A stretch of DNA of 62,922 nucleotides, the filler included, from Atractiella rhizophila (lineage: Eukaryota): NCBI GenBank assembly GCA_021432655.1. It is 5 parts of 5 records of this genome, joined end to end, with 100 filler letters (N's around TTAATTAATTAA, not from the genome) between each part and the next. Parts side by side here need not be neighbours in the genome. Positions count along the whole stretch, not along the records: positions 1 to 16,749 come from MU271892.1; positions 16,850 to 33,565 come from MU271893.1; 3 more parts are not named here. One strand, 5' to 3'. The notes under the pieces are model-generated. The model was not told the origin of the DNA. It made no database searches and saw only the letters and a list, made by a program, of their open reading frames with translations. A program made the position numbers and the translations under genes. Positions 9,757 through 21,136 of the stretch are shown in pieces. The stretch's first letter is position 1; each line of letters starts with the position of its first letter.

Positions 9757-12700
9757 ATGCCCTCTGTCTTGAAACGTCGAGCATCGCTTGGGGTAAGCGT
9801 TCTGCCCTGATATGAGGTCTTGCTTTTGGCTCAGTCACTTATGAAACTTCATATTGCACACGATTCAGCCTAGCCAAAAGCATCACCCACACCCCTCTCA
9901 GTAACCTTTGGAAGCGAGTCAGAGTGGAGCTGCATGCAAAGATAGGATGGTGTTGGGTGGAAGAAGTGGACGTCCGGACGTTGAAGGCTTTAGTTCTCTA
10001 GCACTTGACTACCAGATAGTGCCACAGGACATCCTAAAATATGTAAAAGAACTGAAATCCTTTGCAATACTAGTACCTAAATTACACTGCATTTCGAACG
10101 AGGGCTAGAGCAGAACGGTTTGACATTGATGCTTCGTTCCGTAATGATCTGATTGTGACACGGAAGGCTAGGTAGGGTAGTTAGGGAGGTCAGTTTGCAA
10201 TCAGAATGACAGAGGGGCAGAGGAACCTACTTGCGAGAACATAGATGACACCTGAGTCAGTAGCGGGAGACCAGATGATGGAGCGCGAACGCTTAGCAGC
10301 TCGAAAGGGACCGACCTAGATGTCCTCTTGTGGTCCCTGTTCAAACACTGCCCCCATTGCCTACATTTTCTCCATCGGCATTTTCATTGTTGACCTCGAT
10401 GAAACGAAGCAAGCGTCGGTCGAAGATGATCCATGGAGCGAGAGCCGGAGTGCGACGGAAGGTGGGAGGATGAGGTGGGAGAGAGAATAGGAGGGCGGAT
10501 GGAAGAGAGGCATAGAACGGCGACGGATGGCTAGGGAGTGGGAGCAGAGGTGCGAAAGAAAGTGCGTAGCGTCTTTCGGACATCCTCTGTTGATTATGCC
10601 CCCGTTGACCCTACTTCCTTCCCCATCGCTAACCGACGTCCAACCCCAGTCCGCATTCAGCTTCCGAGCTACGGGCTTGCTGGAGGCGTGAGGGGCGGTG
10701 GAATGCGAGAGGAGGTGGAGTGAGACTAGTAGAAAACCGAGTACGGGCCCTAGTGTGCATGTTAGTTAGGGCACTCGTAGCATGGAGAGGGAGAGGAGGA
10801 AGGGAACAATCCGAACGGAAAGGGCAGCCCCAACGAGGCCAGAATGCGAAAAAGGTGGAGAGATTGGTGGAGGGGGAAATGAAGGTGAACGTTCGCAGAG
10901 AGGGATCGGAGGTGGAATGAAAGGGTAAGTGAGGCGAAAGGAGATGGCGAAGGTCAAAAAGGAAGGGGAGAGACGCCGGACGGTCATTCTTGCGTCCTTC
11001 AGCCATCACCGACCCAAATCATCCCCTCTATCCACATTTTGCCATTTATGTGCCTATTGTGCTACTGGGTTGGTGTTAAATGCCCATTATCGAGAGAAGG
11101 TGGAAGGGCTTAGTGAGGAATGGTTCTCCAAGGCTATGGTGGAGAGCGAGAAGAGGGGCGAGGAGGCACAAGACAGCGGCACTAATAGGGTGGGCGACTG
11201 ACCCCATCTGCGCCGCGGCAGTCCACCACCACACGTCCGTCTTACACTTTACGGTTGAATTCCGATGTCTATGGTGCAGTAGTTGGTTAGAGTCGAGGAC
11301 GGCTTGGGGATGTTGGAGAGCGAGGTGTGACGAGAAGGCAACAGTGGGCATGAGAAAGTGTACCATGCCTCTTCTTCATTCTCAATCCCCAACCCAAAGC
11401 GTCACCTTCCTCGTCTGCTTTCGCGACCCGCGTCCAACTCGCACTCGCCGTTCATTTCGGAGGGCACAATGGTTGTTGAAGGAGTGGGGGACGATGGTTG
11501 ACTAGAGGAACATGGGGGTTAATGGAGAGGGATCCTGGAGGGAGAGCGGCAGGGCGAGGGTTACGGTAAAGCGGAAAGTGGGATGGTGCAAGGGGGTATT
11601 GAGTTGATGCAGGACGGTGCTCCCACGTGTCTCCTTTTGCCTCCAGCGCTTCCCTCGCGCTGCTCTCTCGCTTGGTGGCCCCGGCAGCAAACGTAAGTTG
11701 GGACGCTGGGAGTGTCGAGCAGTGCTGAGGCATGACGAGGCTGCAGGAGCACGGTGAGGATAGCCCTTGGTGAAGGGGCAAGGAACCTAATCCCTATGTC
11801 ATTAAGCACAAACGCAAAAAAGGCAGGGGGGGGAGAAGGTCACCGTTTTCTCTCGCACCCCTCTTTGCTATAAAAGTTTTAGCCCTCCGTGGGCCATAGT
11901 AGGATCCACACCTGGCCTCTCTTTCGCCTTCCTCGCTCGTTCTTGCCCTCCACTGCACATCGCGTGCCTCCTTTGTCGTGTTATGCCGCCCTCAGGCGCA
12001 CTTTCACTGGGCAGCAGATCAGCAATGCTGGCAGCTTTCCTTTTTAGTTAGTGTTGTCTGCCATGGTCTCGTGCTTCGCTCTCCCTTTCCATATCTGTCC
12101 TTCACCTACCATTACTTACCATTCTGGTCACAATGCATCTCACCTCCCTCCCTTCTTCGCACTGATTGTCCTTTCTTTTCATTGCTCGCTCACACTAGCG
12201 CGTACCGATTACATCGGCCTTCGCGTGTGAAGGTACATGAACAAAAGAGGACGGTGGAGGATAGCCGAAGTGGAAGAGGAATGTAGAGGAGAGCGAGCTG
12301 GAGGGTCGACGAAGGGGGCTGAATTAGGAGAGGGATGCCAGAACCGGCCACAGTGAAGGAGGTCCTGGACATATGAGAGGTCGAACTGAAACTTGAATGG
12401 CGAGAACGACGGCGGAGATAGGATAGAAGGCGTGAAGAAGAGTCGGTGTACTGGAGGCTGCCGCGGAGGTCGAAGGAGATGACAGAAAAGGAGCTGCTCA
12501 CAGCATCATCCACATCCTGGCGATCGTAGAACATCATTCAACTTCATGACACTTTCATGCAACGATCTACCCGAACAAAGGCTGTCGCGATTTGCGCCTC
12601 CATCCCCACCGTGTTCCTTCTTCCCCTGTACCGGTTGATGTTCTTAGGCAGACTAGACTAAGAGATGGAGTTGGTAGGAATGAGACTGAGAGGAAGCTGA

Positions 12701-15700
12701 TCAACGGCGTTAACTTGTGCGTTCTTCTTCATTGCGAAGCGTTGGTTATACTGTGATATGTCGAGAATGCTGCTGAGAGCCTCTCAAAGTAGAATTGCTG
12801 CCGGAGGTTTTATGCACAGACTTGCAGAGCTGATCGATGCTCTCCAGCTGCAAACATACCTTCCATATCTCCCATCACTTGGGAGAGTAACTCCCATTTA
12901 TCGTGGCAACACGTCGCTCTCTGTACTTCGTGTACGGTCTATACTGTGGTGCCTTCCAGCTGTCCGTGTCTTCTTTTCAAATGCATGGAACGGTGGCTGA
13001 ATGAGACTCCTGAGCAGGAGAGTTAACCCTAACTGGCCCCTTGTTACAACGTTAGAGGGTGGTGAAGATTTCCAGCGAGTTCATCATCCTGTTGATGTGA
13101 AAGCATCAAATCATCATTTCCAGTTATCAATGACCAATGTCAACCTTTCCCTCCAAATGCCGGGCAAAAACACCAATGAAAGATATTGGTGCAACAGTGC
13201 TCCTAAGACTGCTCTTCTCAATTCCACATTCGACACCTTCCTCATCCGTATGGAGCGTTCGTAGATTTCGAGATGGGTGATTGCCTCTCGACACATCTCG
13301 CTTTCATGACAGTTCAACGATGGGAAGGAGGATAAGTACGTTGGATTACGACTACGAAGCTGAAGCCGGAGGACACGGTGCGAATATGTGCCACATGATG
13401 GAGCTACAGGAAGAGGGAGGGGAGAAGGTGGGCAACGGAGTATCAATCTCGATAGTGTCAATGACGAGGAGCCAAGGTCTCCTTACTTAGACAGACATCT
13501 TGAGTGAGTTTCTCTTTCGTTTGTCTCTGGTGAACACTAATGGAGACAAAGATACATGATATTTGAGCTCTTCAGGCACTCCATATAAGTACAAGGGAGA
13601 AACACTGGCAACGCCCTGAAGAGTTCCCCATCACTGCAACGGCGTTGGTGCATTGATGGGTCAACCCACCGAGACCATTCGTATATCAGATCAAGGTGAG
13701 AACTTCCATTCTGTCCCAGCCTCCACTAAAAGACGATGGGTGGTGTGATCTCGGCAAGAAGCATACTCCTGCTCCTTCAGCACTCGCAACAACAGACATC
13801 CTCTACGGCCGTTTCTACCCTCCGGCTCCAAACCCTTCTGTCTTTCCTCCAGCTGCAACTCCAGTGAACGTTGACCTCTCTAGCCGATGCTTCTACCTCA
13901 CTAGCACCATCTCCTGTGCCAGCATCTGCGCCAGCTGGCCCAGGCCTCACTGCTCCAGTGATGTTGAATGATGCGGCTGGTTCTACCTCTTCACCCTCGG
14001 TGTTACCATATAGGAGAGAAGGAATGCGGCAGAGTGAAGAAACACCGACGCTTACACTTATTCCTTGTCTGCAGCCGCTTTCTATCCCTCCATTGCCCTT
14101 ACCAGAGCCCAAATCAGCAAGGCAGCTACAGACACCTCCTGTCGATTTCTTATTTGCTCAGCCCAACAGTAGGTTGAAAGTAGGATCTCTATTCCTTATC
14201 TTCGGCGAAAGAAGGAAGTTGGGTTTGGTTTCAGATGTCAAGAAGGAGGATGGACCAGCGCCGAAGAGTAAGGAGGAAGCGAAGGATATGACTCTTAGGA
14301 AGGATGGGAATGTGGAGGAAGATGCGGTCAGTTTGTACCGAAAAATCTGGACAGCGTCTCTTCCTCCTCCTTCTAGCTTCTGGCCCCACTGTTCTCGACT
14401 GCCGATTGTCGAGAGGTAATTTATTCAACATTTGCGTTAACGTCTAAGTGGGGATGGGCAGTGATTTCGACCAAGAGCTCATGGCCGCCATCCTCAAGGC
14501 AGAAGTGACTTTCTATGGTGCCTCCCGGTCCATCCTCCCTCGTACTTCCTGTGCATAATCAGTTAGCGAGCAAGCATCGCTAGGGACCATGTAGGCTTGA
14601 AGCCGCCGCCCACTACTCATTGCCACGAGCTCAAAGATGCAATGCGCGAATTAAGACCGCTCAGGTTCGTCTCTCCCTGCTCCCGCGATTGTTCTCAAGT
14701 CGACACTTGGTCATGTATATGGGCAGAGAGTTGAGATGATTTCAAGGAGACTGCACCGCCCTCGAGCACGGAGAGTCACGTAGGACGTGCTACGACTCCA
14801 ATGCGGGAAGGTGCTAGCTCTGTCCCTTCGTTGAGTTCCTCGCTACCTTTCCTTCCGTGAGCTTTCCCTCTTCCTTCTCTCCTCTTCCTGGTACGCAGCT
14901 TCGTGCGGACTAGATTGGTTGGCGGGATGGACGCTGCGAGGCTTCTACCGACTACGGCGAGACCTGCACATTATTTTCCTTACATGTCCGCTCTCCAAAC
15001 GCTGACTTATTGTGTCCGTGATGACAGAGCCTACAGATTTCCCGATGTACGTTTCAAGCCCTCTACTCCCGTCAAATATGTCGTATAACAGACTACTGGT
15101 GTGGTAACAGACATCTCATTAGAAGATAGAGCGGATCGAACAATACCCTGTGCTCATTCAAAAGCATAGCACATATTGTGGAACGAAAGTGGGGCTGAAG
15201 GTTGAATTTTACCTTCTTCGGGTTCTGCTCCTCCATTTCTGCTGTCCCCTTCGAATAAAAGTTAATAACTGAACAGCCGGTCTAAGGGTGCTCCTCGCAT
15301 CGGCAGATGTGAGGCCGTTAGGTACTAGAAGGATAATCGTGGTCGACATTCCAGAGCGGCAGGCTCGCTTCGCAAACAGGTATGTGGGATCGGGGACTTT
15401 CATGCCTGCCAAATGTGCGTCCAACTCTAACGTCTCTGATGCACGACATTTCTCATGTTTCTGTCCTTTTTGCGTTTGTGGTTTAGCGGATGAGGGAGAG
15501 CAGAGGATAGCGCATTCGAGGAGGCTCGTGGCTCGCAGAGGAGTCCAAGGTTGCAGACAGGGGATTGCAGGGTTACGACCTCCCCGTCGACTGCACGGGG
15601 GCGAGGTGTGTTTGCCCTTGCTTTCCCTTTCCATCCTACACTTTGCAGATCGGTGTACTGATAGTGATGGACGGACGAGAACAGGCGTGTATGCAGACTG

Positions 15701-16749
15701 TCTCCCTCGCCAAGGACGGCGGAACATACGTCCAAGTCGACATGGCATTGAGTTCGTCCAGGTGGTGCCCGTCACTTGCCATCCTATGAAGGAGGTGACC
15801 GTCAACAGTCCGACCTACTGTCGCACTATAACTTCGTTCTGACGCTTCGTAGTTAATGAATTGCTCAATGAATACGGACCAGGGTGTTATGAGCAAGCAA
15901 TTAATTTATTCCCTAGGGGCCTGGCCTCGTAGACTGATGAGTCGCCATCACACATCGCTTTAAGTTCAAAATGCAATCTGCGCTCTTAGGGCCGCTCAGG
16001 TTCGTCTCTCCCTTTTGCTGTGATGTTCTGACGTTGACACCGGGTGATGTACGTTTCCAGGAAGCGAAGGCGGAGGATGAAGAGAACACAATCACGACAA
16101 TGACCTAACCTCGAAGAATGCTTAAATGGAACTCTTTGGACAAAGATTAAGGAATGAAGGGACAACTAGATGGGAACTTGGTCCTTCAACCAGGGGCTGA
16201 AGGAATTCCATCGTTGGCCTTGTACCACGTCTTCGACCTCCGACGGCAGGTGCGCAGGTGCCAATTGGTCCATCATCGGAACGCAACAGTCATCGTCAAT
16301 CGTGAGAACAGCTTAAGCAAGAGACCACCTCGTGACACTTTCTGGGCGGAATTTGATGTCTTAAACCCTTTTACAGCTAGCCGGTGAATTGTTTGCATGA
16401 GAGTAGACACCCGTAATACACACAGACAGCATTCTCCTCACAAACCGAATCTCCTCATACCTCTTCAAGGAACTAAATAATCCTCCCCCCCTCCCCCCCA
16501 TCCATCATTGTCCACATCCCTCGTCGATAAACTTTTGGAAACCGAATCACTCCGGGAAGTAGGACATAGGAAACTTTAACGACATTGGACTCTAGCAGTG
16601 CATGCAGAAGGATTTGGTGCGAACGGGGTTGAAGATTCCTTGCAATTGTCGAGCGTGAGGTGTTGGGCACGAAGGAGGAGAGATTTGTGAGATGTGATAC
16701 GATGAATAGAGCTAGGGATGGATGATTGACGTCGTCCTATATGAACCCG

Positions 16750-16849
16750 NNNNNNNNNNNNNNNNNNNNNNNNNNNNNNNNNNNNNNNNNNNNTTAATTA
16801 ATTAANNNNNNNNNNNNNNNNNNNNNNNNNNNNNNNNNNNNNNNNNNNN
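16750..16849. other. Artificial contig linker (N run, TTAATTAATTAA, N run)
   Basis: 100-bp spacer with stops in all six frames, identical at four places in the window. Confidence 0.97.
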
Positions 16850-17108
16850 GATGCACCAGGTGCCATAGTTCTTCTCTCCAAGGGGGGTGATCAAAATTTT
16901 ACTTTCTTCAGACATGTCGATAAAATTCGAGTTTGGATCGTCTGATTTTCGTCGAAATGGGGGGATAGGGCCTTAGGAGGGTCTCGATTATGATCCCTAA
17001 GTCTTGAATTGATTGGACAAAGGATGGCTGAGTGGTCAAAATTTTCAACCAAGTGGGTGGCAAAATTGAAAATTGCAATTCCAACTGATCTGTCAATCCC
17101 TAGCCACA

Positions 17109-17121
17109 GCTCTCACTACCA
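17109..17121 (-). promoter_or_regulatory. Primer-binding site next to LTR-B (TGGTAGTGAGAGC)
   Basis: Directly abuts the LTR end and differs by one base from the site at 18321-18333. TGGTAGCG matches the start of the initiator tRNA-Met PBS of yeast Ty1/Ty3. Confidence 0.75.
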
Positions 17122-17341
17122 TGAGAGAAACAGACGCTGGATGGAGCTAGGGGACAGGAGTTGGTGGTCAAAGATGATAGGATTGATGAGGAAACACATA
17201 CCTAGGGGACAGGAGTTGGTGGTCAAAGATGATGACCACCAATACTGCCCCCTAGGGAGAAAAACTACGAAGTGAGTAAACACAGCAAAGGTGGCTGACC
17301 ACACAAAGACAACACCATGAAATTTAGCAGTTAATCCAACA
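17122..17341 (-). repeat. LTR family B, 5' LTR (220 bp)
   Basis: TG...CA ends with an adjacent PBS. Related copies lie at 21315-21482, 21611-21661, 21752-22356 and 22604-22766. Confidence 0.85.
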
Positions 17342-17729
17342 GAGAACCTTGTTGTGCTTGATGGAGACCCTCATTCCCTTGTAGATGGTGAGCTTGAAGA
17401 CTGATAGGAGGTTGTTCCAGAGCTTGGGGAGGGACATGTAGGACACCCGAGATGGTGATGGTGATGATCTTCTTCTCCCCCAACTTGGCTTCAAAGATCA
17501 AGCTCCCAATCCCAGCACTCCAAATTACTTCTCCACTTGCTACCCTAATAGGAATAACCTTCTTCTGATAGGTTCTGAACCAATGACGATGGGGAGACAT
17601 GTGGGAAGTTGCACCAGTGTCTGCTATCCACTCAAGGCTTGCTTGAGGCATAGTGACATCATTTGCTGCAGCAAGACTGCTCAGCCCAGCAAATTCCAAC
17701 CCATTAAGAGCCATTTCCATCCCAAACAT
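17342..17729 (-). pseudogene. Copia aspartic protease fragment, cut by LTR-B
   Basis: WIADTGATSHMSPHRHWFRTY...GIGS...VLHVP. Confidence 0.88.
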
Positions 17730-18320
17730 CCTGCTAGACCCTGTGATTGAGTCCTAAGTTCCCCTGATGTGATGGAGAAAGGGTGATAGGGGCTGATGTG
17801 ATGATGATGTGATGGTGGCAAATTTCGAAATTTTGACTCTCCTGATCAAGGTGATCTATTGTAGGATAGTAGAATAGCCTCTTATGAATGCAATGGCGAT
17901 AAAATCGTCCAGATCAGGCAAGATCTGACTTCAAAAAGTTGAAAAATGTGTTTTGGGGGTATGAAGGAGGTGATGGAGTGGCTATCTCGAAATTTTCGCT
18001 TATTGTGACCAAGATGGTACCTAGTAAAGTTGTAGCGTAGTGTTTCACGATCAAAATAAGCCCTATAACGTTCAAATTCGTCAAAGTTTGAGTCCAGGGT
18101 GGCAAAGTGCGTTTTGAGGCAGGTGATGGGTGATAAGGTGATAGATTTCGATTTTTCTTGATTCCTGAGTAGGCAGAAACCTTCTAAGATGGTAAAGGAA
18201 AGGATCACAAATCTGTTCTGATCATTGAAATTGAGCGAAATTTGAGTGTGGGAGGGTGAAAATTGTGGTCAGGAGGAGGGGGAAGGTGATAGGTGTGACC
18301 AAATGTAATCCTAGCCACCA

Positions 18321-18333
18321 GCTCTCGCTACCA
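18321..18333 (-). promoter_or_regulatory. Primer-binding site next to LTR-A (TGGTAGCGAGAGC)
   Basis: Abuts the LTR end and begins TGGTAGCG, like the fungal tRNA-iMet PBS. Confidence 0.8.
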
Positions 18334-18524
18334 TGTAAGGATCTAAGGCTAGGAGTGGTTGGTGGTCAATAATGAGCACATTAGAGAAGTATAGAGAGAC
18401 ATACCTAGGAGTGGTTGGTGGTCAATAATGAGCAACAACACTCCTAGGCAGAACTAAACTACATAGTGATGACTCATAAGAGTCATAAGAGGCAGATGAC
18501 CAAAACAACACACTACAACTAACA
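18334..18524 (-). repeat. LTR family A, 5' LTR (191 bp)
   Basis: Reads TGTAAGG...CTAACA on the + strand, with an adjacent PBS. Other copies lie at 18926-19094, 20430-20564 and 20674-20863. Confidence 0.88.
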
Positions 18525-18925
18525 CATTAGTCCAGTCCAAGGGTCTCTCTGAGGAACAAGACGTAGTGGGGGCGTTACTGGCCGCTCTGGAGCAGGCTGT
18601 GGCCTGTCTGGTGCTTCTTCCCTCTCTTCCTCTACTTCCTGATCTTCTCCTTCATCCCTTAATCCTTCAAAACGATTTGGGGACTCCACCCTGAGTCTCT
18701 CACGTTCTCCCTTATCCTCCAAAGTGTCCTCCTCCTCCTTTTCTTCACCAAAATCCAAAAGGACGGCAGGAGCATCTCTCTTTCCTTCTCCCACCTGATC
18801 TTGATGTTCTTTCCACTCGTCCAGTGGTCCCTGAGGCGGTTCCAACGCATTTTCCTTCCTCCTGACTTTGCAGAGCATCTCCCTCTCATCAAATTTCACA
18901 ATATCTCGAGTGTAGACCTTCTTAG
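18525..18925 (-). pseudogene. Copia fragment: end of integrase region plus acidic linker
   Basis: KKVYTRDIVKFDE resembles the Copia SRDVxFDE motif. The linker EEAPDRPQPAPERPVTPP recurs on the + strand at 20565-20673. Confidence 0.7.
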
Positions 18926-19103
18926 TGTAAGGATCTAAGGCTAGGAGTGGTTGGTGAGAGACATATCTAGGAGTGGTTGGTGGTCAATAATGAGCACCAA
19001 CACTCCTAGGCAGAACTAAACTACATAGTGATGACTCATACGAGTCATAAGAGTCATAAGAGGCAGATGACCAAACAACACACTACAACTAACACTCCCA
19101 CCT
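18926..19103 (-). repeat. LTR family A, 3' LTR (18926-19094) with polypurine tract (19095-19103)
   Basis: On the minus strand AGGTGGGAG directly precedes TGTTAG, downstream of the RNase H fragment. Confidence 0.85.
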
Positions 19104-19297
19104 GGGCAGCTGTCTCTTGATGCTCCCACCAAATCTAGAGAATCTCCCACCGAATTCATACAATGTATACTCGATATAAAGCAGAAAGCATATTAGTTTT
19201 GCAATGAAAAGAAGGGGAAAAGTCCTCGTACCGCTTAAAGCGGCGTCTTATAACCCTACAGAGGAGGAAAGGAATTTTATTGCGCCCCATAACTGCC

Positions 19298-20424
19298 TCA
19301 GACACTTGGGTAGGGGCGCAAACCCATCATAACTCGAAACTTGTCCACACTGGCGACTGGAAGTGCCTTGGTGAGGAGGTCCGCTGGCATATTGGCCCCC
19401 GGACAGAAGACTGGACTGATCTTGCCCATCTCAACAACATCTCTGAGCCAATAAAAGCGAAGGTCCAGGTGTTTCATTCGACCATGGTGCTCAGGGTTCT
19501 TGGATACCTGGAGAGCGCTGCTGCCGTCTGTGAAGAGGGGAGTAGGACCTTGAGGAGTGAAGCCAATCTCTTCTAAAAGATTCCTTAGCCAGACAACTTC
19601 TTGACCTGCTGAGACTCCTGAGACATATTCCGCTTCCATGGTAGAAAGAGCAACGAGGGATTGTAGTTTGCTGCTCCAACTGACCGCTCTGTTGCCTATC
19701 TTGAGGAGATAACCTCCCGTAGAACGTCCAATTACACCCAGCAAAATCTGCATCACAGAAGGTGTGAAAAGGTTGCATGAGGTCAAAACCAGCTGCAGAA
19801 TACTCAATTCCTAAGTCCTGAGTGCCTTTGAGGTATCGTAGAAGATGCTTGGCCGCTTCCCAGTGCTTCTTTCCTGGGTTAGAGAGGTATTTTCCGAGGA
19901 CAGAGACTGCATGAGCGATATCTGGACGAGTGGAGATGGCCAAGTACATCATGGAGCCAACAACATTGCTGTAAGGGATTGTGCGCATTTCTTCTTGTTC
20001 TTCCTTTGTCTGAGGGCAGTCCTGCTTGCTGAGACCGTGTCCAACATTGAGAGGAGTGAGGACAGGGTTGCAGTCGTCCATCTGTTGGCATTCTAGGAGG
20101 TCCTTAACATACTGTTCTTGATCCAACCACATCATTCTTCGCTTTCTATCCCTCCTAATACGAACTCCAAGTAGGAATTGCTGGATTTAGCCAATTGCAC
20201 TAAAATGACCAGTCATTCCCAACAGTGCAGATTAACCCTTTATACCCAAGGTTCAACAGGAATTCCGTTGGTCCAAGGTCTCTGAGCTTGAATCGCTTCC
20301 CTAACTCCCTCTTGAAGTTCTCCACAGCACCCTTGGATGTGCTAGCGATCGTAATGTCATCCACAAAGACTGGGACAAGTATTTTGATATCCTCCTTTGA
20401 GTAAATCCACAGACTATTCTGCCA
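19298..20424 (-). pseudogene. Copia reverse transcriptase and RNase H, frameshifted and interrupted
   Basis: VFVDDI, DLG, GSMMYLAISTRPDIAHAV, LRYLKGT and CDADFAG, then in another frame RSTGGY, WSSKLQ, EAEY, KHLDLRF and ADLLTK. Confidence 0.93.
20179..20258. mobile_element. 80-bp TG...CA insertion with 5-bp target duplication (mini solo LTR)
   Basis: GGAAT at 20174-20178 and 20259-20263. Removing the insert and one copy of GGAAT restores the RT sequence DLGPTEFLLGVR. Confidence 0.8.
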
Positions 20425-20429
20425 TTTAC

Positions 20430-20564
20430 TGTTAGTTGTAGTGTGTTGTTTTGGTCATCTGCCTCTTATGACTCATATAAGTCATCACTATGTAGTTTAG
20501 TTCTGCCTAGGAGTGTTGGTGCTCATTATTGACCACCAACTACTCCTAGCCTTAGATCCTTACA
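20430..20564 (+). repeat. LTR family A, shortened copy in the opposite orientation
   Basis: TGTTAGTTGTAG...GATCCTTACA; it lacks one internal repeat unit and the spacer. Confidence 0.85.
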
Positions 20565-20673
20565 GAAGCAGAGGAAGCAGAGGAAGCAGAGGAAGCGGAG
20601 GAAAAGAGGGAAGAAGCACCAGACAGGCCACAGGCTGCTCCAGAGCGACCAGTAACACCTCCAGTACATCTCA

Positions 20674-20863
20674 TGTAAGGATCTAAGGCTAGGAGTAGTT
20701 GGTGGTCAATGATGAGACATTAGAGAAGTATAGAGAGACATACCTAGGAGTATTTGGTGGTCAATAACAAGTACCAACACTCCTAGACAGAACTAAACTA
20801 CATGGTGATGACTCATAAGAGTCATATGAAGCAGATGACCAAAACAACACACTAGAGCTAACA
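20674..20863 (-). repeat. LTR family A copy
   Basis: Full-length match to 18334-18524 with scattered substitutions; no adjacent PBS. Confidence 0.85.
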
Positions 20864-20873
20864 GAGTGGAGGG

Positions 20874-21136
20874 GGACTTTTCCAAGGACAGAGACAGTGT
20901 GGGCGATGTCAGGGCATGTGGCAACTGCAAGGTACATGAGAGAGACAACATGACTGTAGAGAATGGTTCACATCTCTTCTTCATCTTCCTTGGTCTGAGG
21001 ACAGAGGACTTTTCCAAGGACAGAGACAGTGTGGGCGATGTCAGGGCATGTGGCAACTGCAAGGTACATGAGAGAGACAACATGACTGTAGAGAATGGTT
21101 CACATCTCTTCTTCATCTTCCTTGGTCTGAGGACAG
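20874..21136. repeat. Tandem duplication (period 132 bp) inside a second Copia RT fragment
   Basis: 20874-21004 and 21006-21136 read identical. The minus strand encodes LMYLAVATCPDIAHTVSVLGK. Confidence 0.9.

Larger units (their letters stand above)
3600..9900 (+). mobile_element. Tyrosine-recombinase retrotransposon (DIRS order, Ngaro-like); ends approximate
   Basis: Same-strand order gag-like (zinc fingers), RT/RNase H, tyrosine recombinase. No DDE integrase or protease seen, and no methyltransferase domain after RNase H. Terminal repeats not resolved. Confidence 0.92.

Noticed and set aside
9806..9850. Hammerhead ribozyme (CTGATATGA...GAAA)
   Set aside because: The core is not CUGANGA, and I could not form the three stems around it.
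10111..10123. CAGAACGGTTTGA shared with 45219-45231
   Set aside because: Too short to support homology, though both could encode ERFD.
10281..10291. GAGCGCGAACG shared with 3591-3601 as a terminal repeat of the YR element
   Set aside because: Only 11 bp with no extension on either side; compatible with chance.
10720..11900. Possible hAT transposase relic (LVLNAHYREK...EEW)
   Set aside because: The resemblance is weak and broken by stops, and no terminal inverted repeats or target duplication were found.
15934..15970. Hammerhead core CTGATGA
   Set aside because: No stem II or GAAA at the required spacing.
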